Of a DNA stretch of 64,000 bases, positions 36,915 through 48,354 are shown piece by piece. The DNA is from Nitrospirota bacterium (GTDB lineage: Bacteria > Nitrospinota_A > UBA7883). Every line of letters starts with the position of its first letter. The first letter of the stretch is position 1. A model generated the notes under the pieces. That model ran no database searches. It was given only the letters and a program-made list of their open reading frames with translations, and was not told the origin of the DNA. Position numbers and translations under genes: made by a program. The DNA is taken from positions 830 to 64,829 of the forward strand of contig JAJRZK010000006.1 of the NCBI GenBank assembly GCA_024275315.1. The letters run 5' to 3'.

Positions 36915-37163
36915 ACACGAATCAAAGGTTGATGTGCGGCCTTTGAGGCTACTTGCCATCATTACAGTGCGCGGCCCGCCTGAACGGATGCGGTCGGGGT
37001 TGTATTAACGGTCGTCAAACAAAGCTGGTAACAATCGTCAATCCATTACGAGTGAGTCTATAGTTTCAATCCCCTGTTTTCCGCCGGTTGCGGCGTTTTC
37101 CATCTTTTAACCGATAATCTATTGTTTTCAACAACCATATATAACTGTTTTTAACTATCTGTC

Positions 37164-38483
37164 ATGGCCCCTAAAAATTCTTCTGTAAACACCAATGTCA
37201 ACAACAGCTCCTCCACCGCGGAGATGGAACTGCCGCTAGACATCAGTTCGCTCACAAACAAAACCATCAACGAATTGACCGAAATCGCCAGCCAGTACAA
37301 GATCGAAGGTATCAGGGGGTTGCGCAAGCAAGAGCTGATGTTCAAGATCCTCGAAGCCCAGACAGTGATGGAGGGGCTGATTTTCGGCGGAGGTGTGCTG
37401 GAGATTCTTCCCGACGGGTTCGGGTTTTTAAGGTCCCCCTCGTTCAACTACCTTCCGGGACCGGACGACATATATGTCTCACCCTCCCAGATCAGGAAAT
37501 TTGACCTGCACACGGGAGACACCATATCCGGCCAGATACGGCCCCCAAAAGAGAACGAGCGCTATTTTGCCCTGCTAAAGGTCGAATCGATCAACTTTGA
37601 AAGTCCCGAGACCCAGAGAGACAAAATACTTTTCGACAACCTCACCCCCCTCTATCCCGATCAGCCGTTCAGGCTCGAATCCACCCAGGGCAACATATCC
37701 GGAAGAGTTATGGACCTGGTATGCCCCATAGGAAAAGGCCAGCGGGCGCTCATAGTGTCCCCGCCCAGGGCCGGCAAAACCATGCTGATGCAATCCATAG
37801 CCAACTCTATAACCAAAAACCATTCCGAAGCGTACCTGATCGTATTGCTCATAGACGAAAGGCCGGAGGAGGTCACGGACATGGAGCGGTCCGTAGATGG
37901 CGAGGTTATCTCCTCCACGTTCGACGAGCCCGCCAGCAGGCACGTGCAGGTGGCCGAGATGGTTATAGAAAAAGCGAAACGTCTCGTGGAACACAAACGC
38001 GACGTGGTAATACTTCTCGACTCGATCACCAGGCTCGCCCGGGCGTACAACACCATCGTGCCTCCCTCCGGCAAGGTTCTGTCGGGCGGTGTGGACTCCA
38101 ACGCCCTGCAACGGCCCAAAAGGTTTTTCGGCGCCGCCCGAAACCTCGAAGAGGGCGGGTCGCTTACCATCATCGCCACGGCTCTTGTCGACACCGGATC
38201 CAGGATGGACGATGTCATATTCGAAGAGTTCAAGGGGACTGGCAACATGGAAGTGCATCTGGACAGGCGCCTTGCGGACCGCAGGGTGTTCCCGGCGATA
38301 GATATCACCCGCACCGGCACCAGGAAAGAGGAGATGTTGCTCGACGCGGCCGACCTGAAACGCATCTGGATTCTCCGCAAGGTGCTCCAGCCCATGGATC
38401 CGATAGAGGCGATGGAGCTTCTGACAGAGAAGATGAAAGGCACCAAGAGCAACAAAAAGTTTCTGGAGTCGATGAACGCTTAA
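37164..38483 (+). CDS. rho: transcription termination factor Rho
   Basis: [33 protein letters not shown] and [11 protein letters not shown]. Confidence 0.99.
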   Translation: MAPKNSSVNTNVNNSSSTAEMELPLDISSLTNKTINELTEIASQYKIEGIRGLRKQELMFKILEAQTVMEGLIFGGGVLEILPDGFGFLRSPSFNYLPGPDDIYVSPSQIRKFDLHTGDTISGQIRPPKENERYFALLKVESINFESPETQRDKILFDNLTPLYPDQPFRLESTQGNISGRVMDLVCPIGKGQRALIVSPPRAGKTMLMQSIANSITKNHSEAYLIVLLIDERPEEVTDMERSVDGEVISSTFDEPASRHVQVAEMVIEKAKRLVEHKRDVVILLDSITRLARAYNTIVPPSGKVLSGGVDSNALQRPKRFFGAARNLEEGGSLTIIATALVDTGSRMDDVIFEEFKGTGNMEVHLDRRLADRRVFPAIDITRTGTRKEEMLLDAADLKRIWILRKVLQPMDPIEAMELLTEKMKGTKSNKKFLESMNA

Positions 38484-38554
38484 CACGAAGGGAAAATTCG
38501 GGTATAATCCCCGATTGCAACTTTTCCTGAAAATTAGCGGAACAAAGTAGAAAA

Positions 38555-38782
38555 ATGAAAAAAGACATACATCCTGAATACACCGAATGCGAAATCACAT
38601 GCGCTTGCGGGGCCAAGGTTGTCACCAGGGGCGTAATGCCGTTGATGCACCTTGACATATGCTCCGCCTGCCATCCTTTCTTCACCGGCAAGCAAAAGCT
38701 TATAGACACCGCAGGCCGCATAGAGAAATTCCGCCGCAGATACAAATCCAGGGACACGGGCGCAAACACCCAGGCAGGGTGA
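38555..38782 (+). CDS. rpmE: 50S ribosomal protein L31 (Zn-binding type)
   Basis: MKKDIHPEY...CACG...[24 protein letters not shown]. Confidence 0.97.
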   Translation: MKKDIHPEYTECEITCACGAKVVTRGVMPLMHLDICSACHPFFTGKQKLIDTAGRIEKFRRRYKSRDTGANTQAG

Positions 38783-38819
38783 GCGTCCCGTTTTTTTTGA
38801 CTATTAAGCCCGCCTGAGG

Positions 38820-39905
38820 ATGTTTTCCACCCTTGACACCATAGAAAAACGGTTCGACGAAATCACGCGGCGAATGGCCGATCCGGATGTCGTTTCCGAC
38901 AGGGCCGTGTTTGAAAAGCTGGCCAAGGAAATGGCCGACCTGCGGCCGCTGGTCACAGGGTACCAGGAATATAAAAAAATCAAAAAATCCCTCGACGAAG
39001 CCTGCGAGGTTCTTTCCGAGGAATCCGATCCCGACCTTTTAGAGCTTGCCCGGGAAGAAAAAGAGACGCTCGAGCCGGAGCTGGAGCGCATGGTAAAACA
39101 GATCAGGGTTATGATTCTGCCCAAAGACCCGAACGCCGGCAGGAACATCATACTGGAAATCCGGGCTGGAACCGGCGGCGAGGAGGCGGGCCTTTTTGCC
39201 GCCGATCTTTTCCGCATGTACTCGAGATACGCCGAAAGAAACGGCTGGAAGGTGGAGGTCATGTCTTCCAGCGAAACCGGCAAAGGGGGATACAAAGAGA
39301 TAATCGCGATGATATCCGGCAAAAATGTGTTTTCCCGCCTGAAATATGAACGGGGTGTGCACAGGGTGCAGAGAGTCCCGGAAACGGAGGCTTCCGGCAG
39401 AATACACACGTCGGCGTGCACCGTCGCCGTCCTTCCGGAGGCCAGGGAGTCGGAGGTTCAAATCGATCAGAACGACATCAAAATAGACGTGTACAGGTCA
39501 TCTGGCCATGGAGGCCAGTCCGTGAACACCACCGACTCCGCCGTGAGAATGACGCATATCCCCACAGGGATCGTGGTGACCATGCAGGACGAGAAGTCGC
39601 AACTGAAGAACAAGGCCAAGGCCATGAAGGTGCTGGCGGCCCGTCTCCAGGATCTGAAAATGAAGGAAGAAGCCGCCAAGCGCGCCTCTGAACGGAAAAG
39701 CCAGGTGGGCACCGGTGACAGGAGCGAAAGAATACGCACATACAACTTTTCCCAGGGCAGGGTGACGGATCACCGGATAAACCTGACCCTCTACAAGCTC
39801 GAGTCGGCCCTTGACGGCGACATAGACGAGATAATAGACGCGCTGATATTCGCCTCGCAGGAAGATGCGATAAAAAACGAAAGCCGCGACACGGCGGAGG
39901 TGTAG
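38820..39905 (+). CDS. prfA: peptide chain release factor 1
   Basis: EIRAGTGGEEA, RVQRVPETE (PxT), GGQSVN and RIRTYNF. Confidence 0.98.
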   Translation: MFSTLDTIEKRFDEITRRMADPDVVSDRAVFEKLAKEMADLRPLVTGYQEYKKIKKSLDEACEVLSEESDPDLLELAREEKETLEPELERMVKQIRVMILPKDPNAGRNIILEIRAGTGGEEAGLFAADLFRMYSRYAERNGWKVEVMSSSETGKGGYKEIIAMISGKNVFSRLKYERGVHRVQRVPETEASGRIHTSACTVAVLPEARESEVQIDQNDIKIDVYRSSGHGGQSVNTTDSAVRMTHIPTGIVVTMQDEKSQLKNKAKAMKVLAARLQDLKMKEEAAKRASERKSQVGTGDRSERIRTYNFSQGRVTDHRINLTLYKLESALDGDIDEIIDALIFASQEDAIKNESRDTAEV

Positions 39906-39907
39906 GG

Positions 39908-40762
39908 GTGACCCGGACTTACGGCGAGGTCATACAGCGGGCCGCCTTGCGTTTTTCAAGCGCCGACATACGCTCCCCCCGGCTCGACGCGGAGCTTCTG
40001 ATGGTCCACGCCGCGAAAACCGACAGGGCCGGGATAATAGCCCGCCTGGGAGAAAACGTCCCGGAGGATGTTCTGCCCGTGTTCGAGCGGCTGGCCGACA
40101 GGCGCGCCGCGAGGGAGCCTTTTGCGTACATAACCGGTTCCCGGGAATTCTATTCGCTTGAATTCTTTGTCGACTCTTCTGTGTTGATCCCAAGGCCGGA
40201 GACTGAGGGCATAATCGACGCCGCCCTTTGCGTGTATGACGATTCCACACGGCTGAACGTTCTCGATGTGGGAACCGGCTCCGGGGCCATCGCCGTAACA
40301 CTGGCCAAACTAAGGCCGCTTTGGTCCGTAACCGGCGTCGATATCAGCGCGATGGCGCTGGATGTCGCGCGAAGAAACGCGGGTTTGCACAATGTGGGTG
40401 ACAGGGTAAAGTTTGTGGAGTCGGACCTGTTCGGCTCGTTGACAGGCTCCACATACGACCTGATAGTGTCCAACCCCCCATACCTGCGCAAAGGCTCCGG
40501 CCAGATTGATGAGGAGGTGTCCCTGTTCGAGCCGGAGGAGGCGCTGTACGGGGGTGATGATGGCCTGTGCGTGGTAAGCTCCATAATAGATCAAAGCCGG
40601 GATTTTCTTAATAGCCGCGGCCGGTTGATCATGGAAATAGGAGCCGACCAGGCGTCGTCGGCGAGGAGTCTTGTCGACAAAAGTGAAACTCTCCGTCTCG
40701 AGAAAGTTTCCGCCGATTTGCAGGGAATCGATCGAATAATCACGGCGATCAAAACGGTCTAG
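39908..40762 (+). CDS. prmC: release factor glutamine methyltransferase
   Basis: VLIPRPETE, LDVGTGSGAI and SNPPY; follows prfA. Confidence 0.96.
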   Translation: MTRTYGEVIQRAALRFSSADIRSPRLDAELLMVHAAKTDRAGIIARLGENVPEDVLPVFERLADRRAAREPFAYITGSREFYSLEFFVDSSVLIPRPETEGIIDAALCVYDDSTRLNVLDVGTGSGAIAVTLAKLRPLWSVTGVDISAMALDVARRNAGLHNVGDRVKFVESDLFGSLTGSTYDLIVSNPPYLRKGSGQIDEEVSLFEPEEALYGGDDGLCVVSSIIDQSRDFLNSRGRLIMEIGADQASSARSLVDKSETLRLEKVSADLQGIDRIITAIKTV

Positions 40763-42025
40763 ATGGACAAAGTCGTAATTCATGGAGGCAACCGGCTTGC
40801 CGGGCAGATAAAAATATCCGGCGCAAAAAACGCCGCGCTACCCATCTTTGCCGCGACACTCCTGGCTCCGGGGGTTTTTGAGATCAGCGATGTGCCGGAT
40901 CTCAAGGATATCCGCACCATTTCAAAGCTACTCGAGGAGTTCGGAGCCAAGGTCGGCAAGGTGGGCTCGTCGTCGTATCGCATCGACAGCGAAAACGTGA
41001 ACCACCACGAAGCGTCGTATGACCTGGTAAAGACCATGCGCGCCTCGTGTCTCGCCCTGGGGCCGTTGCTGGCGAGGCTTGGCAGGGCGAAGGTTAGCCT
41101 TCCCGGAGGTTGCGCCATCGGCGAAAGGCCCATAGACCAGCATCTGAAGGGATTGCAGGCGCTGGGGGCTGATGTCAGGCTGGAGCATGGCTATGTGGAT
41201 CTGCGTGTCAATGGCAGGCTGACGGGGAGCCGGGTGACTCTGGATATAGTGACTGTGACCGGCGTTATGAATATCATGATGGCGGCGACCTTGGCCGAGG
41301 GCCGAACGGTGATAGAAAACGCCGCCGGCGAGCCGGAAGTGGTGGCATTGGCTGATATGCTCAATTCCATGGGAGCCGAAATCAATGGGGCCGGATCATC
41401 CGTAATTACAATTGACGGGGTTGAGGAGCTGCGCTCCACCTCGGTCCGCATAATACCCGACAGGATCGAGGCGGGCACGTTCATGGTGGCGTCCGCCATC
41501 ACCGGGGGGGATGTGAAGGTCATCGGGGTTGTCCCGGAGCATGGAGCCACCCTTTTGGAAAAACTGCGGGATTGCGGGTGCCGGGTCACGGAATCGGAAA
41601 ACTCCATCCGTGTCGAAGGGCCGGACAACATAGCCCCGGTCAACGTCACCACTTCCCCGTTTCCCGGTTTCCCGACGGATATGCAGGCCCAGTTCATGGC
41701 CCTTATGACTCTGGCAGGCGGAGCCTCGGTAATCACGGAGACGATTTTCGAGAACCGCTTCATGCACATAGGCGAGCTTCGCAGGATGGGCGCCGATATA
41801 AAAGTGTCTGGCAATACCGCGGTTGTGCGCGGAGTGGCGGGCTTGTCCGGGGCCGAGCTGATGGCGACCGACTTGAGAGCCTCCGCTTCGCTGATCCTGG
41901 CGGGGCTTGCGGCCAACGGGCGGACCAGTGTTTCCAGGGTTTACCATCTCGATCGCGGATACGAGCATATAGAATCCAAGCTCGCCGCGATCGGGGCTGA
42001 TATAAGACGCGAGCGAGCCACCTGA
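40763..42025 (+). CDS. murA: UDP-N-acetylglucosamine 1-carboxyvinyltransferase
   Basis: SGAKNAALP, LPGGCAIGERP, PGFPTDMQAQ and DLRASA. Confidence 0.98.
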   Translation: MDKVVIHGGNRLAGQIKISGAKNAALPIFAATLLAPGVFEISDVPDLKDIRTISKLLEEFGAKVGKVGSSSYRIDSENVNHHEASYDLVKTMRASCLALGPLLARLGRAKVSLPGGCAIGERPIDQHLKGLQALGADVRLEHGYVDLRVNGRLTGSRVTLDIVTVTGVMNIMMAATLAEGRTVIENAAGEPEVVALADMLNSMGAEINGAGSSVITIDGVEELRSTSVRIIPDRIEAGTFMVASAITGGDVKVIGVVPEHGATLLEKLRDCGCRVTESENSIRVEGPDNIAPVNVTTSPFPGFPTDMQAQFMALMTLAGGASVITETIFENRFMHIGELRRMGADIKVSGNTAVVRGVAGLSGAELMATDLRASASLILAGLAANGRTSVSRVYHLDRGYEHIESKLAAIGADIRRERAT

Positions 42026-42191
42026 TTTTTTCCATTCCCGGCCTTTGTTTATGGCGTCGCCCAATGTGCGGGTAGTCATATTCTGTCATCCTGATGTGTG
42101 GATCCGCTGGTGTTTTCATCTTGGGAAGCTCTTTATCTCCGGCGCAAGAAGCGTATAAATAGAAAAAAAACGTACCGAAGTAAAAAAAGTC

Positions 42192-42219
42192 TTTAGTAAA
42201 AAAAGGGGCCTGACGATAA
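42192..42219 (+). promoter_or_regulatory. sigma28 (FliA) promoter candidate for flagellin
   Basis: TTTAG...GACGATAA resembles TAAAG-N-GCCGATAA. Confidence 0.5.
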
Positions 42220-42293
42220 GTAGCTAAATTCGGATAGTAAACATATTCGATTGCCGGGCCAAGCATTTTGGCTACTGAATAAACAACGCCTTT

Positions 42294-42326
42294 GCAAGGA
42301 TGCTGGGGCAGGATTTCAAGGAGGAT
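42294..42326 (+). promoter_or_regulatory. CsrA-binding-like GGA motifs in the flagellin 5' UTR
   Basis: GCA-AGGA-TGC mini-hairpin, then CAGGAT, then CAAGGAGGA overlapping the SD. Confidence 0.6.
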
Positions 42327-42332
42327 TGATAA

Positions 42333-43205
42333 ATGGCTCTCAGAGTATACAACAACCTTTTTTCTGTCACGGCGCAACGCCACCTCGGGAACAACAACAG
42401 TTCACTAGGTGTGTCGCTCGAGCGCCTGTCTTCAGGTCTTCGCGTAAACAGGGGCGCCGACGACGCGGCTGGCCTGGCCATCTCCGAAGGTTTGAGGGCG
42501 GACATCAGGTCGTTGAACCAGGCCCTCAGGAACGCCAACGACGGCATCGCGATGATAAACACCGCGGAAGGCGCCCTGGCAGAGCAGGCTTCCATCCTGG
42601 TCAGGATGAGAGAGCTGGCCGCCCAGGCCGCCACCGGCACCGTCGGATCCACTGAACGCGCCACGATCAACCGTGAGTTTAACGCGCTCAGGGACGAAAT
42701 AGACCGGATTTCGCAGGTAGCGGAGTTTAACGGCCAGAAACTGGTGAACGGTTCGCTCTCCAGCAGTCTCGCCGTGTTGCAAAACATCAACGCGCAGTCG
42801 GTGACGATCCAGATCGGCATGCAGGCCACCACCAACGACCGGATCAGCCTCAACACGGCGGTCGACCTGACGGCTATCGACTCCACAGGTCTTAACATCA
42901 CCGACATATCGGTTACGCATGTGCAGTCCGCTCTCGATACGCTAAACAGGATCGATTCGGCTCTTTCGAAAGTTACGGCCGGCCGCGGCAAGCTGGGCGC
43001 GGTGCAGAACCGCCTTGTGCACACGATCAACAACCTGGCGGTCAGCTCTGAGAACCTGCAGGCGGCGGAGTCGCAGATCAGGGACGCCGATTATTCGATG
43101 GAGATATCCCAGTTCACCAGGAACCAGATACTGGTGCAGGCTTCCACCGCTATTCTGGCCCAGGCCAACCTGGTGCCCCAGACGGTGTTGCAGTTGTTGG
43201 GTTAG
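42333..43205 (+). CDS. fliC: flagellin (short, 290 aa)
   Basis: LERLSSGLRVN..ADDAAGLAIS, LGAVQNRL, ENLQAAESQIRDAD and QANLVPQTVLQLLG. Confidence 0.97.
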   Translation: MALRVYNNLFSVTAQRHLGNNNSSLGVSLERLSSGLRVNRGADDAAGLAISEGLRADIRSLNQALRNANDGIAMINTAEGALAEQASILVRMRELAAQAATGTVGSTERATINREFNALRDEIDRISQVAEFNGQKLVNGSLSSSLAVLQNINAQSVTIQIGMQATTNDRISLNTAVDLTAIDSTGLNITDISVTHVQSALDTLNRIDSALSKVTAGRGKLGAVQNRLVHTINNLAVSSENLQAAESQIRDADYSMEISQFTRNQILVQASTAILAQANLVPQTVLQLLG

Positions 43206-43234
43206 GAAAATAAGTCCATGGAGGACTTTTAAGA

Positions 43235-43268
43235 GGGTGAGGAGCGCAAGCCCCTCACCCTTGTTTTT
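43235..43268 (+). terminator. intrinsic terminator after fliC
   Basis: GGGTGAGG...CCTCACCC followed by TTGTTTTT. Confidence 0.8.
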
Positions 43269-43408
43269 GTCCCCGTTTGACCATGGAGTTGGATAGCGGG
43301 CGGGCCTTTTTTCGCCTGATTGTTCAATAAAAGCGGTCCCAAATGCGGCAAATTACATGATGTCAATTAAAACAGCGTGTTGTATGCCGCCTCTTAATGA
43401 AAAACCGC

Positions 43409-43436
43409 TAAAGGAAAGTTTTCGCCCGACCGATAA
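43409..43436 (+). promoter_or_regulatory. sigma28 promoter for fliD-fliS
   Basis: TAAA, 16-bp spacer, ACCGATAA. Confidence 0.65.
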
Positions 43437-43487
43437 AGTAGACAAATCAAGCGGACATGCTTTATCTAACATAAGGAAAACGGGCAA

Positions 43488-45074
43488 ATGGGACTTTCAG
43501 TAGATGGGTTGGTATCGGGACTGGACACGACATCCATAGTCAGCCAGCTTATCGCGCTGGAGCGGCGTCCCATTACTCTGCTTGAAAACCGGCAAGCCGG
43601 GCTGGTGAGCCAGAAGGAGGCCTGGCAGGGTGCGAACACCAAACTGCTGGCGCTTGAAACCGCATCCAAAAAGCTCAATACCGCGGCCAAGTTCAACTCG
43701 TTCACAGCCAAGTTTCAAAACAACAGCTCCACCGGCTGCTCCGTTCTTTCCGTAACATCCGGCTCAAACGCCACCACAGGAACTTATGACATCACCGTTA
43801 GCCAGTTGTCCAAAGCCGAGAAATGGGCCTCTACCGACAGCGTCAGCGACAACACCGCGGCTCTAGGAACCTCCGGCACGATAACCATCGGATCGACGAA
43901 CATTTCGGTGGTTTCCACGGACAGCCTGAACGACATAAAAGACAGCATCAACTCCAGCGCCGCCTCGGCGACTGCGACAGTGTTCAACGCGGGAACGTCA
44001 GCCAGTCCGGACTACAAGCTGGTGATCACCGGTGATTCGACCGGCGCGGATAACGCATTTAGCGTCACAGAGGATATATCTCTTACCTTCTCCAACACCC
44101 AGAACGCCCAGAACTCCATGTTAACCGTGGACGGCGTCAGTATCCAGAAAGACACCAACTCCATCAACGACGTGATCGGGGACACCACCATAAACCTTGA
44201 AACCATCGGTTCGGGGACTATAACCTTCAGCACCGACTATACCGCCATAATAGACAAGGTGAAGGAATTCGCCAGCGCGTACAATGAGGTAACCAACTAT
44301 ATAACAGAACAGTTTACCTATAACCAGGAGCTTGACCAAAAAGGAGTGTTGTTTGGCAACGCGTCGCTCCAGGTGATACAGAACCAGCTTCGGTCCATAG
44401 TAAACAGCTCTGTCCCGGGAATAGACGCCACAGACTCCAACAACCTGGCCTACCTGTCCCAGGTGGGGATCAAGACCGACGACACGAACCAGCTGGTTGT
44501 CGATGAGGCTGTGCTGACGGACGCGTTAAAGGACAACTTCAGCAAAGTCCGCGATTTGTTTGTGCCGGGAGGCAGCGGGACATACACCATGGTAGCGGCG
44601 TCCGGTAATACCGAGGGAGGAACCTATAACACCCGCGTGTCTGGCGGAGTGTTGCAACTCCAGCTCCAGGGCGGTGACGGGTCATGGATAAGCACAACCC
44701 AGAATTCGGGCTATGCGTATGGTCAGACCGGCACAACTCTTGAGGGGCTTTTGCTTCAAACAGGGACGTTGATTGAGGGTGAAACGGGTTCGGTCAGGAT
44801 ATCTATCGGCATCGCAGAAAACGTAGCCACGAAAACGGCGAGCTACACGGAGTTTTCCACCGATGGAATGATTTTCAACCAGAACAAGAGCATAGAAGAC
44901 CGGGACAAGGAGATCCAGAAGCAGATAGACGATCTGGAAAATCGATTGGCTAAAAAAGAAGAGGATATCAAGGCGAAATTCGTCAACCTGGAAATCTTAA
45001 TGGCCAAGCTGACTTCGGAACAGGGATATCTGGACCAGCAGTTATCCAACCTGTCGAAGGGATGGAAGTCGTAG
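43488..45074 (+). CDS. fliD: flagellar filament cap protein
   Basis: GLVSGLDTTSIVSQL, GTYDITVSQL, DGVSI...TNSINDVI and a C-terminal coiled coil; lies between fliC and fliS. Confidence 0.93.
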   Translation: MGLSVDGLVSGLDTTSIVSQLIALERRPITLLENRQAGLVSQKEAWQGANTKLLALETASKKLNTAAKFNSFTAKFQNNSSTGCSVLSVTSGSNATTGTYDITVSQLSKAEKWASTDSVSDNTAALGTSGTITIGSTNISVVSTDSLNDIKDSINSSAASATATVFNAGTSASPDYKLVITGDSTGADNAFSVTEDISLTFSNTQNAQNSMLTVDGVSIQKDTNSINDVIGDTTINLETIGSGTITFSTDYTAIIDKVKEFASAYNEVTNYITEQFTYNQELDQKGVLFGNASLQVIQNQLRSIVNSSVPGIDATDSNNLAYLSQVGIKTDDTNQLVVDEAVLTDALKDNFSKVRDLFVPGGSGTYTMVAASGNTEGGTYNTRVSGGVLQLQLQGGDGSWISTTQNSGYAYGQTGTTLEGLLLQTGTLIEGETGSVRISIGIAENVATKTASYTEFSTDGMIFNQNKSIEDRDKEIQKQIDDLENRLAKKEEDIKAKFVNLEILMAKLTSEQGYLDQQLSNLSKGWKS

Positions 45075-45107
45075 AAAAGGCAAAACTGTAAAATAGGAGA
45101 AAACGGA

Positions 45108-45545
45108 ATGTATGGTAACGGTTACGCCAACACTTATAATTCGAATCAAGTGTCGACTGCGAGCAAGACAAAGCTGATTTTACTCATGTACGATGGGGCG
45201 ATCCGGTTTATCAAGGAGGCGATATCCAAAACCAGGAGCAAGGACATCGCCGGTTATGGATTGAAGATAAGCAAAGCGCAGAGAATAGTTGTCGAGCTGG
45301 AGAACTCTCTTGACAAGCGCCAGGGAGGCCAGGTGGCGGTGAATTTGCAAAAAACATATTCGCAGGTGAGCAACCTTCTGACCGCGGCCAATATTTCCGG
45401 TGACGAGGCCCCGCTTAGCGCCGCCGCGAATATCCTGACATCACTCAGGGAGGCGTGGGAGCAGGTGATCAATGGTCCGGAATCGGCGCAAACTTCTTCT
45501 AGCCAAGCTCCTGCGGTGTCGAACAAGCTGACCATAAACGCATGA
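45108..45545 (+). CDS. fliS: flagellar export chaperone
   Basis: QVSTAS..KLILLMYDGAIRF...KAQRIV.EL..SLD...LREAWEQ. Confidence 0.93.
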   Translation: MYGNGYANTYNSNQVSTASKTKLILLMYDGAIRFIKEAISKTRSKDIAGYGLKISKAQRIVVELENSLDKRQGGQVAVNLQKTYSQVSNLLTAANISGDEAPLSAAANILTSLREAWEQVINGPESAQTSSSQAPAVSNKLTINA

Positions 45546-45573
45546 CTGTCCAATAACCCGTTTTCTTTTTTTC

Positions 45574-45608
45574 GGGGTGGGCCTTATAAAGGGTCCACCC
45601 CTTTTTTT
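45574..45608 (+). terminator. intrinsic terminator after fliS
   Basis: GGGGTGGGCC...GGTCCACCCC followed by a T7 tract. Confidence 0.8.
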
Positions 45609-45650
45609 GTTTTAATTTCCTCTTTGGCGCAGGTTCGATATACTGCCCCG

Positions 45651-47636
45651 ATGCAGATAAAATTCAGGCTGGTTTCCGATTTTTCTCCCGCGGGCGACCA
45701 GCCGGAAGCCATATCAAGCCTGGTGCAAGGTCTGCGCGATGGCCTGACCGACCAGGTGTTGTTGGGTGTCACCGGGTCCGGAAAAACGTTTACCATGGCG
45801 AGCGTAATCGAAAAGGTTCAGCGGCCAACCCTCGTCATCGCCCACAATAAAACCCTGGCGGCGCAATTGTATACGGAGTTTAAGACGTTTTTTCCGGACA
45901 ACGCCGTGGAATATTTCGTCTCCTATTACGACTATTACCAACCGGAGGCGTATCTGCCGAAAACTTCCACCTACATAGAAAAGGATGCGTCGATAAACGA
46001 CGAGATAGACAAGATGCGCCATAGCGCCACCAGGTCTTTGCTGGAGCGGGAGGATGTTGTGATTGTGGCCTCGGTTTCGTGCATATACGGCCTTGGGTCG
46101 CCGGAGGCGTATTATGGCATGAAAATCTCCGTCAAACAGGGGGAGATACTCGACAGGGACAAGTTCCTGGAAACCCTGGTCGGCATCCAGTACGAGCGGA
46201 ACAATGTCGATTTTCGCCGGGGAACGTTCCGTGTCAATGGGGATGTGGTGGAAATACTGCCGATATATGAAACCGACACGGCGATACGGATAGAGTTTTT
46301 CGGGGACGAGATAGACACGATATCGATAGTCGATCCGCTGACAGGCAGGGTTATCAACCGGATATTGTCGGTAAACATCTATCCTGGCTCGCATTATGTC
46401 ACGCCTGATGACGTGATGAAAAAGGCGCTGGTGGAAATTCAGAGCGAGATGGAAATCGCGGAGGATTCGTTTCTGGCGAATAACAAGCTTATCGAGGCGC
46501 AAAGAATCCGGGAACGCACCCTGGCTGATATTGAAATGATAAAAGCCATCGGCTACTGTAACGGTATCGAAAACTATTCACGCTACCTTTCCGGCCGTGA
46601 ATCCGGCTCGCCGCCTCCAACGTTGCTGGAGTATTTCCCGGACAACGCTCTGTTTATCATCGACGAAAGCCATCAGACCATACCCCAGATAGGGGCGATG
46701 ATAAAAGGAGACAGATCCAGAAAAAAATCGCTGGTGAACTATGGGTTCCGGCTTCCGTCGGCGTATGACAACCGCCCCCTGTCTTTTGAAGAGTTCGAGG
46801 CGCTTACAGGGCAGGTTATATATGTTTCCGCGACGCCGGGTGCGTATGAATACAACAAAACAGGGGGGCAGGTGGTGGAGCAGGTGGTTCGGCCAACCGG
46901 CCTTGTCGATCCGAGGATAATCGTGCGTCCGGTGCGCAACCAGGTGGACGACCTGCTCGACGAGATCAACGACCATGTCGCCAAAAACCAGCGTGTGCTG
47001 GTTGGGGCGCTTACCAAACGTCAGGCGGAGGATCTGACCGACTATTACCAGGGGCTGGATGTGCGGGCCAGGTATCTGCATTCGGACATAAAAACGCTGG
47101 AAAGAATGGCTATCATAAATGACCTGCGGTCGGGCGTTTTCGATGTTCTTGTCGGGATCAACCTGTTGCGGGAGGGGCTCGACCTGCCGGAGGTGGGGCT
47201 GGTGGCCATACTAAACGCGGATATGGAGGGGTTTCTCCGGTCCGAAACGTCGCTGATCCAGACCGCGGGCAGGGCGGCCCGCAATATCGAGGGAAAAGTC
47301 ATCCTGTACGCCGACAGGATCACCGGATCCATGCGGCGGGCGATAGACGAAACCAACCGAAGGAGGAAGTTGCAGGAAAGCTATAACGCGAAAAATAAAA
47401 TTGTCCCGAGAAGCACCGTGCGTAAAATCGACACTGCGCTGATGTTTGTCTCTGGAGGCGCGGCGTCGGAGAAGCTCGAAAAACTGGATATCGAAAACCT
47501 TGCGCTGGACCACATCGAAAGAGTGATCGCAGAACATGAATCCGCCATGAAAAAAGCGGCGGCGGAGCTCGACTTCGAATCCGCCGCGCGATATCGTGAC
47601 GAAATAACCAGGCTCAAAAAACTTGCCCTACTGTAA
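45651..47636 (+). CDS. uvrB: excinuclease ABC subunit B
   Basis: [26 protein letters not shown] and a C-terminal UVR domain. Confidence 0.98.
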   Translation: MQIKFRLVSDFSPAGDQPEAISSLVQGLRDGLTDQVLLGVTGSGKTFTMASVIEKVQRPTLVIAHNKTLAAQLYTEFKTFFPDNAVEYFVSYYDYYQPEAYLPKTSTYIEKDASINDEIDKMRHSATRSLLEREDVVIVASVSCIYGLGSPEAYYGMKISVKQGEILDRDKFLETLVGIQYERNNVDFRRGTFRVNGDVVEILPIYETDTAIRIEFFGDEIDTISIVDPLTGRVINRILSVNIYPGSHYVTPDDVMKKALVEIQSEMEIAEDSFLANNKLIEAQRIRERTLADIEMIKAIGYCNGIENYSRYLSGRESGSPPPTLLEYFPDNALFIIDESHQTIPQIGAMIKGDRSRKKSLVNYGFRLPSAYDNRPLSFEEFEALTGQVIYVSATPGAYEYNKTGGQVVEQVVRPTGLVDPRIIVRPVRNQVDDLLDEINDHVAKNQRVLVGALTKRQAEDLTDYYQGLDVRARYLHSDIKTLERMAIINDLRSGVFDVLVGINLLREGLDLPEVGLVAILNADMEGFLRSETSLIQTAGRAARNIEGKVILYADRITGSMRRAIDETNRRRKLQESYNAKNKIVPRSTVRKIDTALMFVSGGAASEKLEKLDIENLALDHIERVIAEHESAMKKAAAELDFESAARYRDEITRLKKLALL

Positions 47637-47657
47637 CGCGCGAAAGGCCGGGTTTCC

Positions 47658-48239
47658 CTAGCCGCACAAAATTTCTTTCAGCTTTTCTATCGCTCTGGCG
47701 CGGTGGCTGATCCTGTTTTTTATCGAAAGCGGAAGCTGGGCCATGGTCTTGCCGTATTCGGGAATGTAAAATATCGGGTCGTACCCGAACCCGTCGTCTC
47801 CCTCCTGCCGGTCGTGGATCACTCCTGTACATGTCCCTTCCACGGTGCGCTCTTGTTTTGTGTCGGGATCGTACATGGCGATGGAGCAACGATACCGGCA
47901 ACCACGGTTATTGTCGCCCTTGAGTTTTTCGAGTATATCGGCGTTGACTTCGCTGTAGGGCCGGTCTCCGGCGTGCCTGGCGGAGTACACGCCCAGCTCG
48001 CCGGGCATGGCGTCGATCTCTATCCCGGAGTCTTCGGCGACTACCGGTTTGCCGATATGTATGGCGATGGCCTTGGCTTTGAGCATGGCGTTGTCGGCGT
48101 ATGTCTCTCCTGTTTCTTCCACTTCCGGGGCGTCGGGAATGGATTCAAGCCCGGTAAAGACTATACCGGCGCTTTTAAACGCGTGGTTGAATTCACGTAA
48201 CTTGCCAATATTACGACTGGCCAATATCAATTCTTTCAT
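47658..48239 (-). CDS. rdgB: non-canonical purine NTP pyrophosphatase (ITPase/XTPase)
   Basis: ASRNIGKLRE, EDSG, GVYSAR, GFGYDPIF and KNRISHR. Confidence 0.94.
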   Translation of the reverse strand: MKELILASRNIGKLREFNHAFKSAGIVFTGLESIPDAPEVEETGETYADNAMLKAKAIAIHIGKPVVAEDSGIEIDAMPGELGVYSARHAGDRPYSEVNADILEKLKGDNNRGCRYRCSIAMYDPDTKQERTVEGTCTGVIHDRQEGDDGFGYDPIFYIPEYGKTMAQLPLSIKNRISHRARAIEKLKEILCG

Positions 48240-48354
48240 AACTTGTCATTATACTCCTGTTCTGGAATACAGATTTCTTCCTTTCTTTTTGCTTCTTTTT
48301 ATTTTCAAAGAAAAAGAAGAAGTTTGTGGTCTCCAACAGGGGTATGGCGCCAGG

